A stretch of 64,000 nucleotides of DNA, from assembly GCA_964474825.1 (NCBI GenBank), contig CAYYWQ010000001.1, positions 1,033,606 to 1,097,605 of the forward strand, written 5' to 3'. Under the pieces are notes generated by a model. The model was not told the origin of the DNA, ran no database searches, and saw nothing but the letters and a program-made list of their open reading frames with translations. Below are positions 1-9,469 of the stretch, in pieces; positions within the stretch are counted from its first letter, which is position 1, and every line of letters begins with the position of its first letter. This DNA comes from an uncultured Candidatus Saccharibacteria bacterium. GTDB taxonomy: Bacteria; Patescibacteriota; Doudnabacteria; UBA920. The position numbers and the translations under genes are program-made.

Positions 1-1136
1 TAATTAAATTTAATCTTTTTGGCTTCCCAAGCAACGTTTTAATGGCTTGGGTCTTTTTGTTTTGGATAATTTTTGCTATTTGGCTAATTGCAAAAAAACA
101 GATATCAGCATTTCTGACGGTCGTCAAAAACACTGATAGTAAAATCCTAATTTTAACCGGATTATTTTTTACATCGGGAATAATCAGCTTGTGGGTAGGC
201 GACCTTGACCGCGCGAAACTGGGACAATTTATTGTTCTTTTCCTTCAGCCGATAGGTATTTTTTTCATCGGAAAATTCCTAAACGAAAGTTTTCCAAATA
301 CAAAATACATAATACATAATACTTTATACGCCTTGCTTGGTCTTGCTGGCGCTTACGCCCTAATCCAATACCTCACCCTCTTAGGCCTGCCTCCCGCGTG
401 GTGGGGGAACAACGAGGAACCCAAACGCGCTTTAAGTTTTTTTATACATCCCAACTTTTACGCCCTGTGGTGCGCACCACTTCTGGCGTTTTTGTTGCCA
501 GATTTAGGATTTAAGATTAAAGATTTACGAAAGAACCATCTTGCCGTTATTGCTTGGGTGCTTGGATCAATCGGATTGTTTTTATCTTTGTCCCGCGCCG
601 GTTGGCTTGGGCTCGCGGCCGCAATTTTAACTTATCTGATTGTTGCTGCGGATAAAAAAATTAGGCAAACAGTTTTTGCCGCAGTTATTATTATGATCAT
701 AATTATTTTTGCAGTCCCTAACTTCCGCTACCGTGTATTACTGCCTTTTTACGGAGAGAAATCCGCTGTGTCGCGTTTTTCGCTCTGGGACACAGGTTAC
801 AAAGGCATAAAGCAGTCGCCTCTAACCGGTCTTGGACTCACAGGCTTTTCCAAACAATGGAATACCTTAAACACAGACCCAGGCCTAACAGAAACCCACA
901 ACTACCCGCACAATATTTTTTTGGACTTGTGGGTAGAAACGGGCTTAATAGGACTAATAAGTCTAACAGGACTCATGGGACTCTATATTTTCCGCGGCCT
1001 TAAAAACAAAAGCAATCTTATTGCGCTATCTGTTAGTCTATTTTTAATAACCCTTCTGGTCCAAGGCCAAATAGACAACCCCTATTTTAAAAACGATTTG
1101 GCAATGGTGTTTTGGATAATTTTGACCTTTATTTAA
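1..1136 (+). CDS. O-antigen ligase (Wzy_C/WaaL-like) family membrane protein, 5'-truncated by window edge
   Basis: Multiple TM helices; motifs HPNFYA, LSLSRAGW, GLGLTGF, YPHNIFLDLWVETGLIG; frame is open upstream of ATG42 to the window edge. Confidence 0.85.
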   Translation, partial: IKFNLFGFPSNVLMAWVFLFWIIFAIWLIAKKQISAFLTVVKNTDSKILILTGLFFTSGIISLWVGDLDRAKLGQFIVLFLQPIGIFFIGKFLNESFPNTKYIIHNTLYALLGLAGAYALIQYLTLLGLPPAWWGNNEEPKRALSFFIHPNFYALWCAPLLAFLLPDLGFKIKDLRKNHLAVIAWVLGSIGLFLSLSRAGWLGLAAAILTYLIVAADKKIRQTVFAAVIIMIIIIFAVPNFRYRVLLPFYGEKSAVSRFSLWDTGYKGIKQSPLTGLGLTGFSKQWNTLNTDPGLTETHNYPHNIFLDLWVETGLIGLISLTGLMGLYIFRGLKNKSNLIALSVSLFLITLLVQGQIDNPYFKNDLAMVFWIILTFI

Positions 1137-1159
1137 AAAAGACAATTAATAAAAAATTT

Positions 1160-2314
1160 ATGAAATTAAAATTTTTTATTGCCCTTCTAATAATTGCCAC
1201 TGCCTGGGGTCTGGTTTATTTCAAAAATAAAAAAAGCCTACCAAACAGCGAACAGGCGCAAGAAATAAAAATTGGATTTATTGCCCCCTTAACAGGAAGC
1301 GCGGCGTCTTACGGCGAAGAGACGCGCAATGCCGCTTTAATGGCGCAAGAGGAAATTAACTCGCAGGGCGGCATTAACGGAAAAAAGTTAAACATAATTG
1401 TTGAAGATGGGAAATGTGATGCTTCCGCGGCCCTGGGCGCGTGGCAAAAATTAACCGAAACCGACAAAGTCAATATAATTTTAGGCGGTCATTGCAGCAC
1501 GGAAACAGTTGCGCTAGCCCCTAAAACTGCGGGGAAGAAAGTGTTACTGCTGGCAAATATCACTTCCAAATCCGAAATTGCGAATGAAGGCACGTGGGTT
1601 TTTAGGAACTCTCCTCCAAACAGCTATTACGCGGAACAGGCGGCCAAACATGCTTTTAGCCAAGGCTACAAAAGAATGGCTGTAGTAACCGAACTCAAAG
1701 ACTACACTAAAGATTTTAACCAAACTTTTATTAAGGTTTACCAAGATTTAGGGGGAGTGGTAGTGACCGAGGAACAGGTCACCCCTGACAGTACGGATTT
1801 TAGGACAGTCATGGCAAAATTAAAAACAGGTTCTTTTGACGCAGTACAGGCATCTTTTCAAGGCCCCGCCACTATGGGCATATTTGCCAAACAAATGACC
1901 GAAGCGGGAATAGACAAACCCTTGCTCCTAGACGCCGCTTTTAACGGCAAGCAATTCCTTAGCGCTTCGGGCAACCAAACACCCAAAGTTTTTTACGGCA
2001 TCACCGGGTACACAGACCCGATCCAACCGGCAGCTAAAATTTTTGTTGATAACTATAAATCTAAATATAACAAAGATATTAATTTTAGCCTGTTTTACAT
2101 TGCCGCTACATACGACATGGTCTACCGCCTAAAAAACGCAATTGCGAATTGCGGCTCCACGGAAACCGCTTGCATACAAAGCCGTTTTCAAAAAACTGAA
2201 CCAATTTCAGGCGCGGCCGGCACCATTACTTTTGACAGCTTGGGAAGACCTCGGTCACCCATAGCTGTCGCTACTATAGTAGACGGCCTAGCCCAATACA
2301 CTTTAATAAAATAA
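1160..2314 (+). CDS. ABC transporter substrate-binding protein, LivJ/LivK (branched-chain amino acid) family
   Basis: N-terminal TM anchor then IKIGFIAPLTG...YG...EINSQGGINGKKL..EDGKCD; ATG1160 preferred over the ORF-track start 1112. Confidence 0.9.
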   Translation: MKLKFFIALLIIATAWGLVYFKNKKSLPNSEQAQEIKIGFIAPLTGSAASYGEETRNAALMAQEEINSQGGINGKKLNIIVEDGKCDASAALGAWQKLTETDKVNIILGGHCSTETVALAPKTAGKKVLLLANITSKSEIANEGTWVFRNSPPNSYYAEQAAKHAFSQGYKRMAVVTELKDYTKDFNQTFIKVYQDLGGVVVTEEQVTPDSTDFRTVMAKLKTGSFDAVQASFQGPATMGIFAKQMTEAGIDKPLLLDAAFNGKQFLSASGNQTPKVFYGITGYTDPIQPAAKIFVDNYKSKYNKDINFSLFYIAATYDMVYRLKNAIANCGSTETACIQSRFQKTEPISGAAGTITFDSLGRPRSPIAVATIVDGLAQYTLIK

Positions 2315-2316
2315 AA

Positions 2317-2342
2317 AAAACACCCTCACGAGAGGGTGTTTT
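2317..2342. terminator. Bidirectional intrinsic terminator
   Basis: AAAACACCCTC-ACGA-GAGGGTGTTTT between convergent genes. Confidence 0.85.
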
Positions 2343-2346
2343 AAAT

Positions 2347-2817
2347 TTATCTTTTAAGCCTTATAACCACTTGGCGGTAGGGGTCTTGGCCCAGACTTTC
2401 ACTAAAGACTTCGGGGCAGTTTTCTTGAAGGTAGGCATGGACCAAGCGGCGTTCGTAGTTGGGCATGGGCTCCAGGGCTTGTCCGCGTCCGGTTTTTTTA
2501 AGCTGCTCCACAGCGGCTTTGGCTGTTTCTTTTATATACCACTCGCGCTTACGTTTGTAGTCGTCTACATCGAGCGAAAACCAGAACGGTTCCTGAGAGT
2601 GAAATTTTTTAGAAGCCAGAGCCTGAACTAAAATTTGCAAAGAGTGCAGAGTCGCTCCCTGGCGGCCAATGAGCAAGAAAGAGTCAGGGGAGCTAATGTT
2701 AAATATTAACCCTTTGGTAATGCTTTCTTCAAACTCCACCTGAGCTTTAACACCAAGGTAACCGAGCAATTCATTTATTATTGTTTTTACTTGTTCAATT
2801 TTGTCGTAGTCGGTCAT
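2347..2817 (-). CDS. jag: Jag/EloR/KhpB RNA-binding protein (KH + R3H)
   Basis: LLIGRQGATLHSLQ (KH), LDVDDYK, EPMPNYERRLVH (R3H); located after yidC. Confidence 0.92.
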   Translation of the reverse strand: MTDYDKIEQVKTIINELLGYLGVKAQVEFEESITKGLIFNISSPDSFLLIGRQGATLHSLQILVQALASKKFHSQEPFWFSLDVDDYKRKREWYIKETAKAAVEQLKKTGRGQALEPMPNYERRLVHAYLQENCPEVFSESLGQDPYRQVVIRLKR

Positions 2818-2900
2818 AGGAATGTAGTTAGTAGTAAGTAGTTAGTAGCCAAAATTCCTGACTACTACCTACCAGCTACTTACTACGGACTAACAGACTG

Positions 2901-3710
2901 TTACTTTGTATTTTTTTCTTCATTTTTTGACCAAATATGACCAGAAGCCATGACCCTAGCCCCTGGAGTAATCCCATCTTTTCCAGTTTTAAGTATCCAA
3001 TACTGCTGGGCTATTGTAAAAACTGTGGTCGCGGTCCAGTAAAGGGAAAGTCCGGTAACAAAGCGGAGTGACAAGTAAACAAAGAATACCGGGAAAAAAT
3101 ATGTCATCTGCATTTGCATAATTTTAGCCGTAGCATCCACCGGGCCTTTGGCTGTTGTCAGCATTAGCTTAGACTGCCAGAACTGGCTAAGTCCGGTAAG
3201 CACTGCCAGCACCACTCCCGGCCAATACCAAACACTACCAACCCAGGGGATTTTAGACAAATCTAAAAAGTGCAAAAACATAAAGCTAATATGTTCCGGC
3301 GCTTTAACAAAAGTATACAGGCCTTCAATCTGTCCGGTACCTAAAGCCGCGCGGAAAACCTGGTTTAAGGCCAAGAGTAAAGGAAGCTGGATTAACAAAG
3401 GCAAGCAGGAAGCAAAAGGGTTAATCTTGTGCTCTTTGTAGAGGTCCATCATGGCTTTAGCTTCAGCCTCTTTATTACCTTTATGCTTTTCCCGCAGTTC
3501 AGTAAGCTTTGGCTGCAAGTCGTTCATGGCCTTTTGGCTTTTGAGAGACTTGTGGAAGCTGGGCGCCAAAGCCAAACGAATAAGTACAGTAAGTAAAATA
3601 ATAACCACGCCAATGTCGTGGCCCGGAATGACATTGTAAAAAAAGATCAGCAGGTTAAGCAGAGGGCGGTAAACGGATTCGTGATATAAAACACTAATAA
3701 AATGGAACAT
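2901..3710 (-). CDS. yidC: Membrane protein insertase YidC (short form)
   Basis: IILLTVLIRLAL, LQPKL, YKEHKINPFASCLPLLIQLP, GLSLYW; conserved operon. Confidence 0.95.
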   Translation of the reverse strand: MFHFISVLYHESVYRPLLNLLIFFYNVIPGHDIGVVIILLTVLIRLALAPSFHKSLKSQKAMNDLQPKLTELREKHKGNKEAEAKAMMDLYKEHKINPFASCLPLLIQLPLLLALNQVFRAALGTGQIEGLYTFVKAPEHISFMFLHFLDLSKIPWVGSVWYWPGVVLAVLTGLSQFWQSKLMLTTAKGPVDATAKIMQMQMTYFFPVFFVYLSLRFVTGLSLYWTATTVFTIAQQYWILKTGKDGITPGARVMASGHIWSKNEEKNTK

Positions 3711-3720
3711 TCAAATAAAA

Positions 3721-3987
3721 TTAAGGAACTAAATCTACCGAAGGCTCGGCCCAAGGGTGGCAATGAGCTAATCTTTTTGCTGATAAAAACAAACCTTTAA
3801 ACACTCCATGCTTAAGCAAGCTTTGCCTGCTATATTCGCTGCAGGAAGGGTAGTGCCGGCAAAAACCATAAGGAAAACTGGCAGAAAGCCAGCTATGGTC
3901 TGGGGACAGGAGTAGCTGATAAAGACTAATTAACAAAGACAGGGCCTTTGTTGGTAAGCTTATAAAGTTTTGAAAAATTTTTTTCAT
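3721..3987 (-). CDS. yidD: Membrane protein insertion efficiency factor YidD
   Basis: YQLLLSP...CRHYPSCSEY...HG...RLAHCHPW. Confidence 0.95.
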   Translation of the reverse strand: MKKIFQNFISLPTKALSLLISLYQLLLSPDHSWLSASFPYGFCRHYPSCSEYSRQSLLKHGVFKGLFLSAKRLAHCHPWAEPSVDLVP

Positions 3988-3990
3988 TTT

Positions 3991-4329
3991 TTATGTCAGA
4001 AGCTTGCCGGACCTGCACAGCTCTTCAAATTTTTTTACGAGTTCTTTACTTTCCTTGGCCGCGGCTGCCGGTTTTATAACAATCGCGTAATCGCCTGTGC
4101 GAAAACTCTTTATATTTAAGCGAATAAATTCCCGAATTAAGCGCTTAAGCCTGTTTCTTTTAACAGCGCTTTTGGAAACTTTAGTGGAAACCACAACCGT
4201 GAACCGGGAAGGCTCGTTAGTTATAGCCAAAAATTTTACTGTAAACAATGGGTTAAAAAAAGCCCTCCCTCGCGCAAACACACGCTGTACTGCTGTTGTC
4301 TTGCCCAAGCGATGCTCTTTTTTAAACAT
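3991..4329 (-). CDS. rnpA: Ribonuclease P protein component
   Basis: RFTVVVSTKVSKSAVKRNRLKR (RNR motif). Confidence 0.95.
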   Translation of the reverse strand: MFKKEHRLGKTTAVQRVFARGRAFFNPLFTVKFLAITNEPSRFTVVVSTKVSKSAVKRNRLKRLIREFIRLNIKSFRTGDYAIVIKPAAAAKESKELVKKFEELCRSGKLLT

Positions 4330-4339
4330 AAACCTTAAA

Positions 4340-4474
4340 TTAAACCGTCAGTTTCTTGCGGCCTTTTGCCCTGCGGCGAGCCAAAACATTGCGGCCAGTC
4401 TTGGTTTGCATGCGCTTTAAAAAGCCATGCCTGACTTTGCGCCTTTTGCTTTTGGGTTGGTAAGTTCTTTTCAT
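4340..4474 (-). CDS. rpmH: 50S ribosomal protein L34 (44 aa; not in ORF track)
   Basis: Hand-translated [44 protein letters not shown]. Confidence 0.97.
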   Translation of the reverse strand: MKRTYQPKSKRRKVRHGFLKRMQTKTGRNVLARRRAKGRKKLTV

Positions 4475-4530
4475 AATAAAGTTAATTATCTTCCTCGCGG
4501 CTGCATCCGCGGCTAATAAATCTTAAATAA

Positions 4531-4677
4531 TTATACAGAAAAAACCTCTTGCAGTCAATTGGCAAAAAGACTAAAACTCAAAAAAATAATTGGACACATC
4601 TTGTCCACAGGATGTTAACAGACTTTGCATTTTCCCTTTTATTTAAGGCCTGTTTTGCCTTGTTTACATGTTGATAA
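4531..4677. promoter_or_regulatory. DnaA boxes upstream of dnaA
   Basis: Near-consensus boxes TTATACAGA (4531), TTGTCCACA (4601), TGTTGATAA (4669, reverse). Confidence 0.6.
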
Positions 4678-4778
4678 CTCCCTGTTACAATGAAATACAC
4701 AACTAAAAAATATTTGAAATCTAACACCTAAACCCTAAGAAACAGAAATAATAATACCGAAAATCCCTAAAGGACATT

Positions 4779-6125
4779 ATGAATAACCAACAACTCTGGC
4801 AAGCAATTTTAGGAAGCATGGAAGTATCCCTTAGCAAAGGGAGTTTTAACACCTGGTTTAAAGGAACAGGCATTATTGAGCATGGGGCGGACTATATCAT
4901 TGTTGGTGTTCCCAGTGATTTCCACAAAAATTGGATTTCCGGAAAATATCACCAGGAAATGCTAAAATCCTTAAAAACTATTTCCCCTGAAATTAAAGAA
5001 ATCCGCTACCAATTAGGCAACACCCCGCAAGCTGCAGCGCCGGCTAAGACCACCAGCAAAAACGAGGGGACCACGCATCACCACAAAGAAGCAGGGGGCT
5101 CTGGGTTTTCCGGCTTAAACCCCAAATACACTTTTGAAACGTTCATTATTGGCAAAAATAACGAATTAGCCCACGCGGCTTCCATTTCCGTGGCCAAAAC
5201 GCCCGGAACACAGTATAATCCGCTATTTATTTATGGAGGTGTGGGTTTGGGTAAAACCCATTTAATGCAGGCTGTTGGCCACAGACTGCTCCAAACCAAC
5301 CCCCAGGCCAAAGCCATGTATGTAACTTCCGAAAAATTCACAAATGACTACGTAGACGCCATAAAACAGAACCGAATGGAAGATTTTAAGAAGAGTTATC
5401 GCCATTTGGATATTTTAATGATAGACGACATCCAGTTTATTGCCGGCAAAGAAGGTACCCAGGAAGAATTCTTTCACACCTTTAACGAACTGCGTGATAA
5501 AGGCAAACAAATCTTAATTACTTCAGACCGTTTGCCAAAAGATATCCCCGCTATTGAGCAAAGACTAGTCTCCCGCTTTGAATGGGGGATGGTGGCAGAC
5601 ATTCAGGCGCCGGACCTGGAAACCCGCATGGCCATACTCCGCACCAAAATGGAAAAACGCGGCACCCAGATTTCCGAAGATATTTTATTTTACATTGCGG
5701 AGAATATTCAGAACAACGTGCGCGAACTGGAAGGTGCCTTAAACCGTTTAGCGGTCTACCAGCAAATGGAAAACCGCGGGCTGGTACTTGACCAGGCTAA
5801 AAGCATTTTAGCCAGCATTATAGGCACTAAAAAGAAGATTACCTCGGCAAAGAAAATAGCTGAATCTGTTGCGGAATTTTACAATATTACCACTGAAGAC
5901 CTTATAAAACAGTCGCGAAAGAAAGAATTTGTTAAGCCTCGCCAGATTGCCATGTACTTAATTCGCAAACAACTGGAAAACTCTTTCCCTTCCATTGGTG
6001 ATTTTTTTGGGGGCCGCGACCACACCACAGTTATGCACGCTGTAGAAAAAGTGGAAAAGCTGGTGATAGAGAAGGACCAATTCAAACAAGAGATGGATTT
6101 AATACTGGATAAGCTGTTCACATAA
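4779..6125 (+). CDS. dnaA: Chromosomal replication initiator DnaA
   Basis: YNPLFIYGGVGLGKTHL, IDDIQF, QEEFFHTFN, GRDHTTV. Confidence 0.99.
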   Translation: MNNQQLWQAILGSMEVSLSKGSFNTWFKGTGIIEHGADYIIVGVPSDFHKNWISGKYHQEMLKSLKTISPEIKEIRYQLGNTPQAAAPAKTTSKNEGTTHHHKEAGGSGFSGLNPKYTFETFIIGKNNELAHAASISVAKTPGTQYNPLFIYGGVGLGKTHLMQAVGHRLLQTNPQAKAMYVTSEKFTNDYVDAIKQNRMEDFKKSYRHLDILMIDDIQFIAGKEGTQEEFFHTFNELRDKGKQILITSDRLPKDIPAIEQRLVSRFEWGMVADIQAPDLETRMAILRTKMEKRGTQISEDILFYIAENIQNNVRELEGALNRLAVYQQMENRGLVLDQAKSILASIIGTKKKITSAKKIAESVAEFYNITTEDLIKQSRKKEFVKPRQIAMYLIRKQLENSFPSIGDFFGGRDHTTVMHAVEKVEKLVIEKDQFKQEMDLILDKLFT

Positions 6126-6313
6126 CTGTTAATAACTTTACAAGTTGGGTATAAAAAATATTCCAGGTGATATTTAAAAAGGTTTCCGGTTTATTATCAA
6201 CAGCTAATTTCACACCAAGTACCATTATTTATTACTTAAGCAAGGCTTATCCCCAAATCCACAAGACTTATTATTACTATCTATTTATACTTTATATTTA
6301 AATACTAAGTAAC
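6126..6313. other. oriC unwinding region (DnaA boxes, DnaA-trios, AT-rich DUE)
   Basis: Boxes at 6127 (rev), 6146 (rev), 6194 TTATCAACA; tandem TTATCCCCA/AAATCCACA 6247-6263 followed by TTA TTA TTA CTA trios and an AT-rich tract; visible shift from C-rich to G-rich plus strand nearby. Confidence 0.88.
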
Positions 6314-7408
6314 ATGAAAATAATTTGTACCCAAGAAAATTTAAAGAACGGGTTACTGACTGTTGGAAGGATTATTTCATCTAGCAACAGTTTACCTATC
6401 TTAAATAATATTTTAATAAAATCTGAAAATGGTTTATTAAAGCTTTCCTCAACAAACCTGGAAATTGGGATCACTACCTATATTCGCTGTAAAATAGAAG
6501 AGGAAGGGGAAATTACCATACTTTGTAAAACCATAACAGAGTTGATTGGTAGTTTTCCAAACCAAAACATTGAGCTTAAAACTGAAAACGGGCAAATGAA
6601 GGTGGAGACCGAAAATTACCATACCCAAATTAAAACCTTGCCGGCCGAAGAATTTCCTTTGATCCCGGTTTTGGAAAACAACAACACTTTGGAGCTGGAT
6701 GCGCAGGAGTTAAAGCAGGCGCTGGATCAAGTGGTGTTTGCGGTTTCCACAAACCAGACCCAGCCGGAGATTTCTGGGGTATTACTTTCTTTTGAAGGCA
6801 AGAATTTAACCATAGCAGCTACTGATCGTTACCGTTTAGCCGAAAGAAAATTGGTTTTACCTAAAAACGACAGCGGCGACCAGCAGATTATTGTGCCGCA
6901 TAAAACCATTTTAGAAATCTCTAGGGTTATTGGCGGACAAAAGGGTAATATAGAAGTTAAATTTACAACCAGCCAGATTGCTTTTAAGTTTAATAACACG
7001 GAAATTATTAGCCGTCTAGTGGATGGACAGTATCCGGACTATAAACAAATTATTCCCACGGAATTTCCTACTCAAGTAACAGTGAAAAAGCCGGAACTTC
7101 TTAGTGCCTTAAAAGCCAGTAGTATTTTTAGTCAAACAAGTAATAGCGTAAAATTTGAATACGGAGATAATTCCCTTAAGCTCAGTACGGAATCGCAGGA
7201 CTTGGGAAAAAGCGAGGTGGATATAGCGGCTACAGTTGAGGGAAAATCCGGCATGGTAATGCTAAATTACCATTATATTATTGACTGTTTAAACAGTATA
7301 AGTTCTGAAAATGTTATAATGAAAATCATTGACGACAGTTCCCCGAGTTTGATTTTGCCCGAAAGCCAAAGCGATTATTTATATTTAGTAATGCCTATTA
7401 AATCATAA
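6314..7408 (+). CDS. dnaN: DNA polymerase III beta sliding clamp
   Basis: LPILNNILI, ATDRYRLA, SRLVDGQYPDY, YLVMPIK. Confidence 0.99.
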   Translation: MKIICTQENLKNGLLTVGRIISSSNSLPILNNILIKSENGLLKLSSTNLEIGITTYIRCKIEEEGEITILCKTITELIGSFPNQNIELKTENGQMKVETENYHTQIKTLPAEEFPLIPVLENNNTLELDAQELKQALDQVVFAVSTNQTQPEISGVLLSFEGKNLTIAATDRYRLAERKLVLPKNDSGDQQIIVPHKTILEISRVIGGQKGNIEVKFTTSQIAFKFNNTEIISRLVDGQYPDYKQIIPTEFPTQVTVKKPELLSALKASSIFSQTSNSVKFEYGDNSLKLSTESQDLGKSEVDIAATVEGKSGMVMLNYHYIIDCLNSISSENVIMKIIDDSSPSLILPESQSDYLYLVMPIKS

Positions 7409-7409
7409 T

Positions 7410-8495
7410 ATGAGAATAAAAAGCATAGTAATAAAAAACTTTCGCAACTATCCAAGTTTAGACATAGATATAAATAGTGATGTGGTGGTGTTAACCGGCC
7501 CCAACGCTGTTGGTAAGACTAACCTGCTAGAGTCGGTGTATTTTGCCTCGTTGTTTAAGTCTTTTAGGGACGACACCGAATTTATTTTCTTAAAAGACAG
7601 TTCTAATTTGGAACTAAAAATGCTGGTGGAAAAAGGCGATCAAACTTTCAGTTTTGAGGTTTTTTTGGAACGACGTGAAAAGATTTACGCCAATTTTTTA
7701 CTGGACGGAGTAAAAAAGAAAAGAAGGGAAGCACAGGGTTTTATTAGTGTGGTAATTTTTGACCCTACTGACGTGGATATGTTTAGTAAGACTCCAGAAG
7801 CCAGGAGAAAATATTTAAACATGGTTTTGTCCCAAAAGAGGATAGATTACCTGGACGCACTTGTAAACTATAAAAAAGTTTTATTCCAGAAAAACAAGTT
7901 GCTTCAAGATATAAAACAAGGACGTGGGAACCGAGAAGAGCTTGAGTCATGGAACGAACAATTGGTTAGTTTTGGCAGTCTAATAATGTACGAGAGGAAA
8001 AAATTTGTAAATTTTTTGAATAATAGTATTGCAGAAATTTATTCCAGCATTTCCGGGTTCCACCGCCCTGTTGAAGTGGCTTTGGAGAGCCTGCCGGGTG
8101 ACAGTTTTGAGGAATTGGCAGAAAACTTCCGATTAAAACTTGCGGCCGTAGGTCAAAAAGAACAGCTGGTTGGTATGTGTTTGGCTGGACCTCATCGGGA
8201 CGACTTCTTTTTAAAAAGCGAAGGCTTGTATTTGTCCCCGTTTTCCTCCCGGGGTGAGTTACGCAGCCAAATTTTGTCCTTAAAAATTTTAGAACTGGAA
8301 TATTTAAGTAAAGACGGAGAAAAGCCGATTTTGCTACTAGATGACGTGCTGAGCGAATTAGATGATACCCGGAGAACGTTCCTGCTCAAATATTTACAAG
8401 GAAAATTTCAAACCTTTATTACCACCACTCACCCGCTGGAAATGCCTGCCCAGCACATTACCTTAACACCTGCAGTAGAAGAAGAGGCAAAGTAG
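7410..8495 (+). CDS. recF: DNA replication/repair protein RecF
   Basis: NFRNY, GPNAVGKTNLLE, GPHRDD, SRGE, PILLLDDVLSELD. Confidence 0.97.
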   Translation: MRIKSIVIKNFRNYPSLDIDINSDVVVLTGPNAVGKTNLLESVYFASLFKSFRDDTEFIFLKDSSNLELKMLVEKGDQTFSFEVFLERREKIYANFLLDGVKKKRREAQGFISVVIFDPTDVDMFSKTPEARRKYLNMVLSQKRIDYLDALVNYKKVLFQKNKLLQDIKQGRGNREELESWNEQLVSFGSLIMYERKKFVNFLNNSIAEIYSSISGFHRPVEVALESLPGDSFEELAENFRLKLAAVGQKEQLVGMCLAGPHRDDFFLKSEGLYLSPFSSRGELRSQILSLKILELEYLSKDGEKPILLLDDVLSELDDTRRTFLLKYLQGKFQTFITTTHPLEMPAQHITLTPAVEEEAK

Positions 8496-8676
8496 AATTT
8501 ACACACCGCCGCCTTTTGGGCTGGCGGAGCCAGTCCCTTTAGGCGGCTCTGGCCAATTTCTTCGTTATTTTCTTCCGGTGTTTGTCACCGTAAGTAAATT
8601 ACGTCTCCAAGCATCCTCAGAAAATGCCTCGAACTTGACTCAGTGTTTAAATTCTAACTATCTATAAATAAAAATT

Positions 8677-8988
8677 ATGTCGCCAAAACCAAAACAGGGT
8701 TTTACATCAATCCAAAAAGTTCTGCCAAACAAACTAAAACAATACAAATTAGAAGCCGCGTTCTATAAACACCAGGCCATAAAACACTGGAACGAAGCTG
8801 CAGGAAAATTCATTAACCAAGCTAAAGACCAAACAAAGGCAATAGATTTAAAAAACGGAATTTTAGTAGTCGCCTGTTTGTCCAAAGAGTTGGCTTATGA
8901 AATAAGAATGATTGTAGAAAGAATAGTTTACGAAATAAACAAACTCATAGGAAAATCTGTGGTGTTTGGGATACATATGGAAATATAA
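8677..8988 (+). CDS. DciA/DUF721 family protein
   Basis: Follows recF; ...IKHWNEAAG...TKAIDLKNGILVVAC..ELAYE..M...I...IN pattern. Confidence 0.75.
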   Translation: MSPKPKQGFTSIQKVLPNKLKQYKLEAAFYKHQAIKHWNEAAGKFINQAKDQTKAIDLKNGILVVACLSKELAYEIRMIVERIVYEINKLIGKSVVFGIHMEI

Positions 8989-9018
8989 AAAAACACCCCT
9001 AGTCAGGGGTGTTTTTTT
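8987..9018. terminator. Bidirectional intrinsic terminator
   Basis: AAAAAAACACCCCT-AGTC-AGGGGTGTTTTTTT. Confidence 0.85.
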
Positions 9019-9469
9019 ATATTTTTTCTTTAGCTTTTTTTACCAGCTCGCTCGAGCTTTGTATTTTACCGCTTTTACCAACATTGAAAACTAATTCTAT
9101 TCCCAGTTTTTGGCAGAGGGCTTGCTCGGGGTTTAAGGAAGATGTTGTGGTGTCGGCATCTTTTTTGTCACGGTCCCCGCCGTTGGCGAAAATGTCGGGC
9201 TTTAGGGTTTCCAGTTCCGCGCAGACTGACATGTCGGTAGGGTTTTCCTGGTGGCCTGTAATTACAACCTCGTCTACGTAGCGGATTGCCTCCACAATGG
9301 CTTTTCGCTCGTCCTGGTTCATAAAGACAAAGCCTTTTTTCTTGTTCAGCCAGTTGTCGTTGTTTATAATTACAACTAATTTGTCGCCGAGTTGTTTGGC
9401 TTCCTGCATCATTTCTACGTGGCCAACATGGATTGGGTCAAACCCTCCGGAAATCGCTACGGTTTTCAT
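9017..9469 (-). CDS. Cytidylyl/adenylyltransferase family protein (TagD/RfaE-like)
   Basis: SGGFDPIHVGH (HxGH), NGGDR, KIQSSS. Confidence 0.9.
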   Translation of the reverse strand: MKTVAISGGFDPIHVGHVEMMQEAKQLGDKLVVIINNDNWLNKKKGFVFMNQDERKAIVEAIRYVDEVVITGHQENPTDMSVCAELETLKPDIFANGGDRDKKDADTTTSSLNPEQALCQKLGIELVFNVGKSGKIQSSSELVKKAKEKI

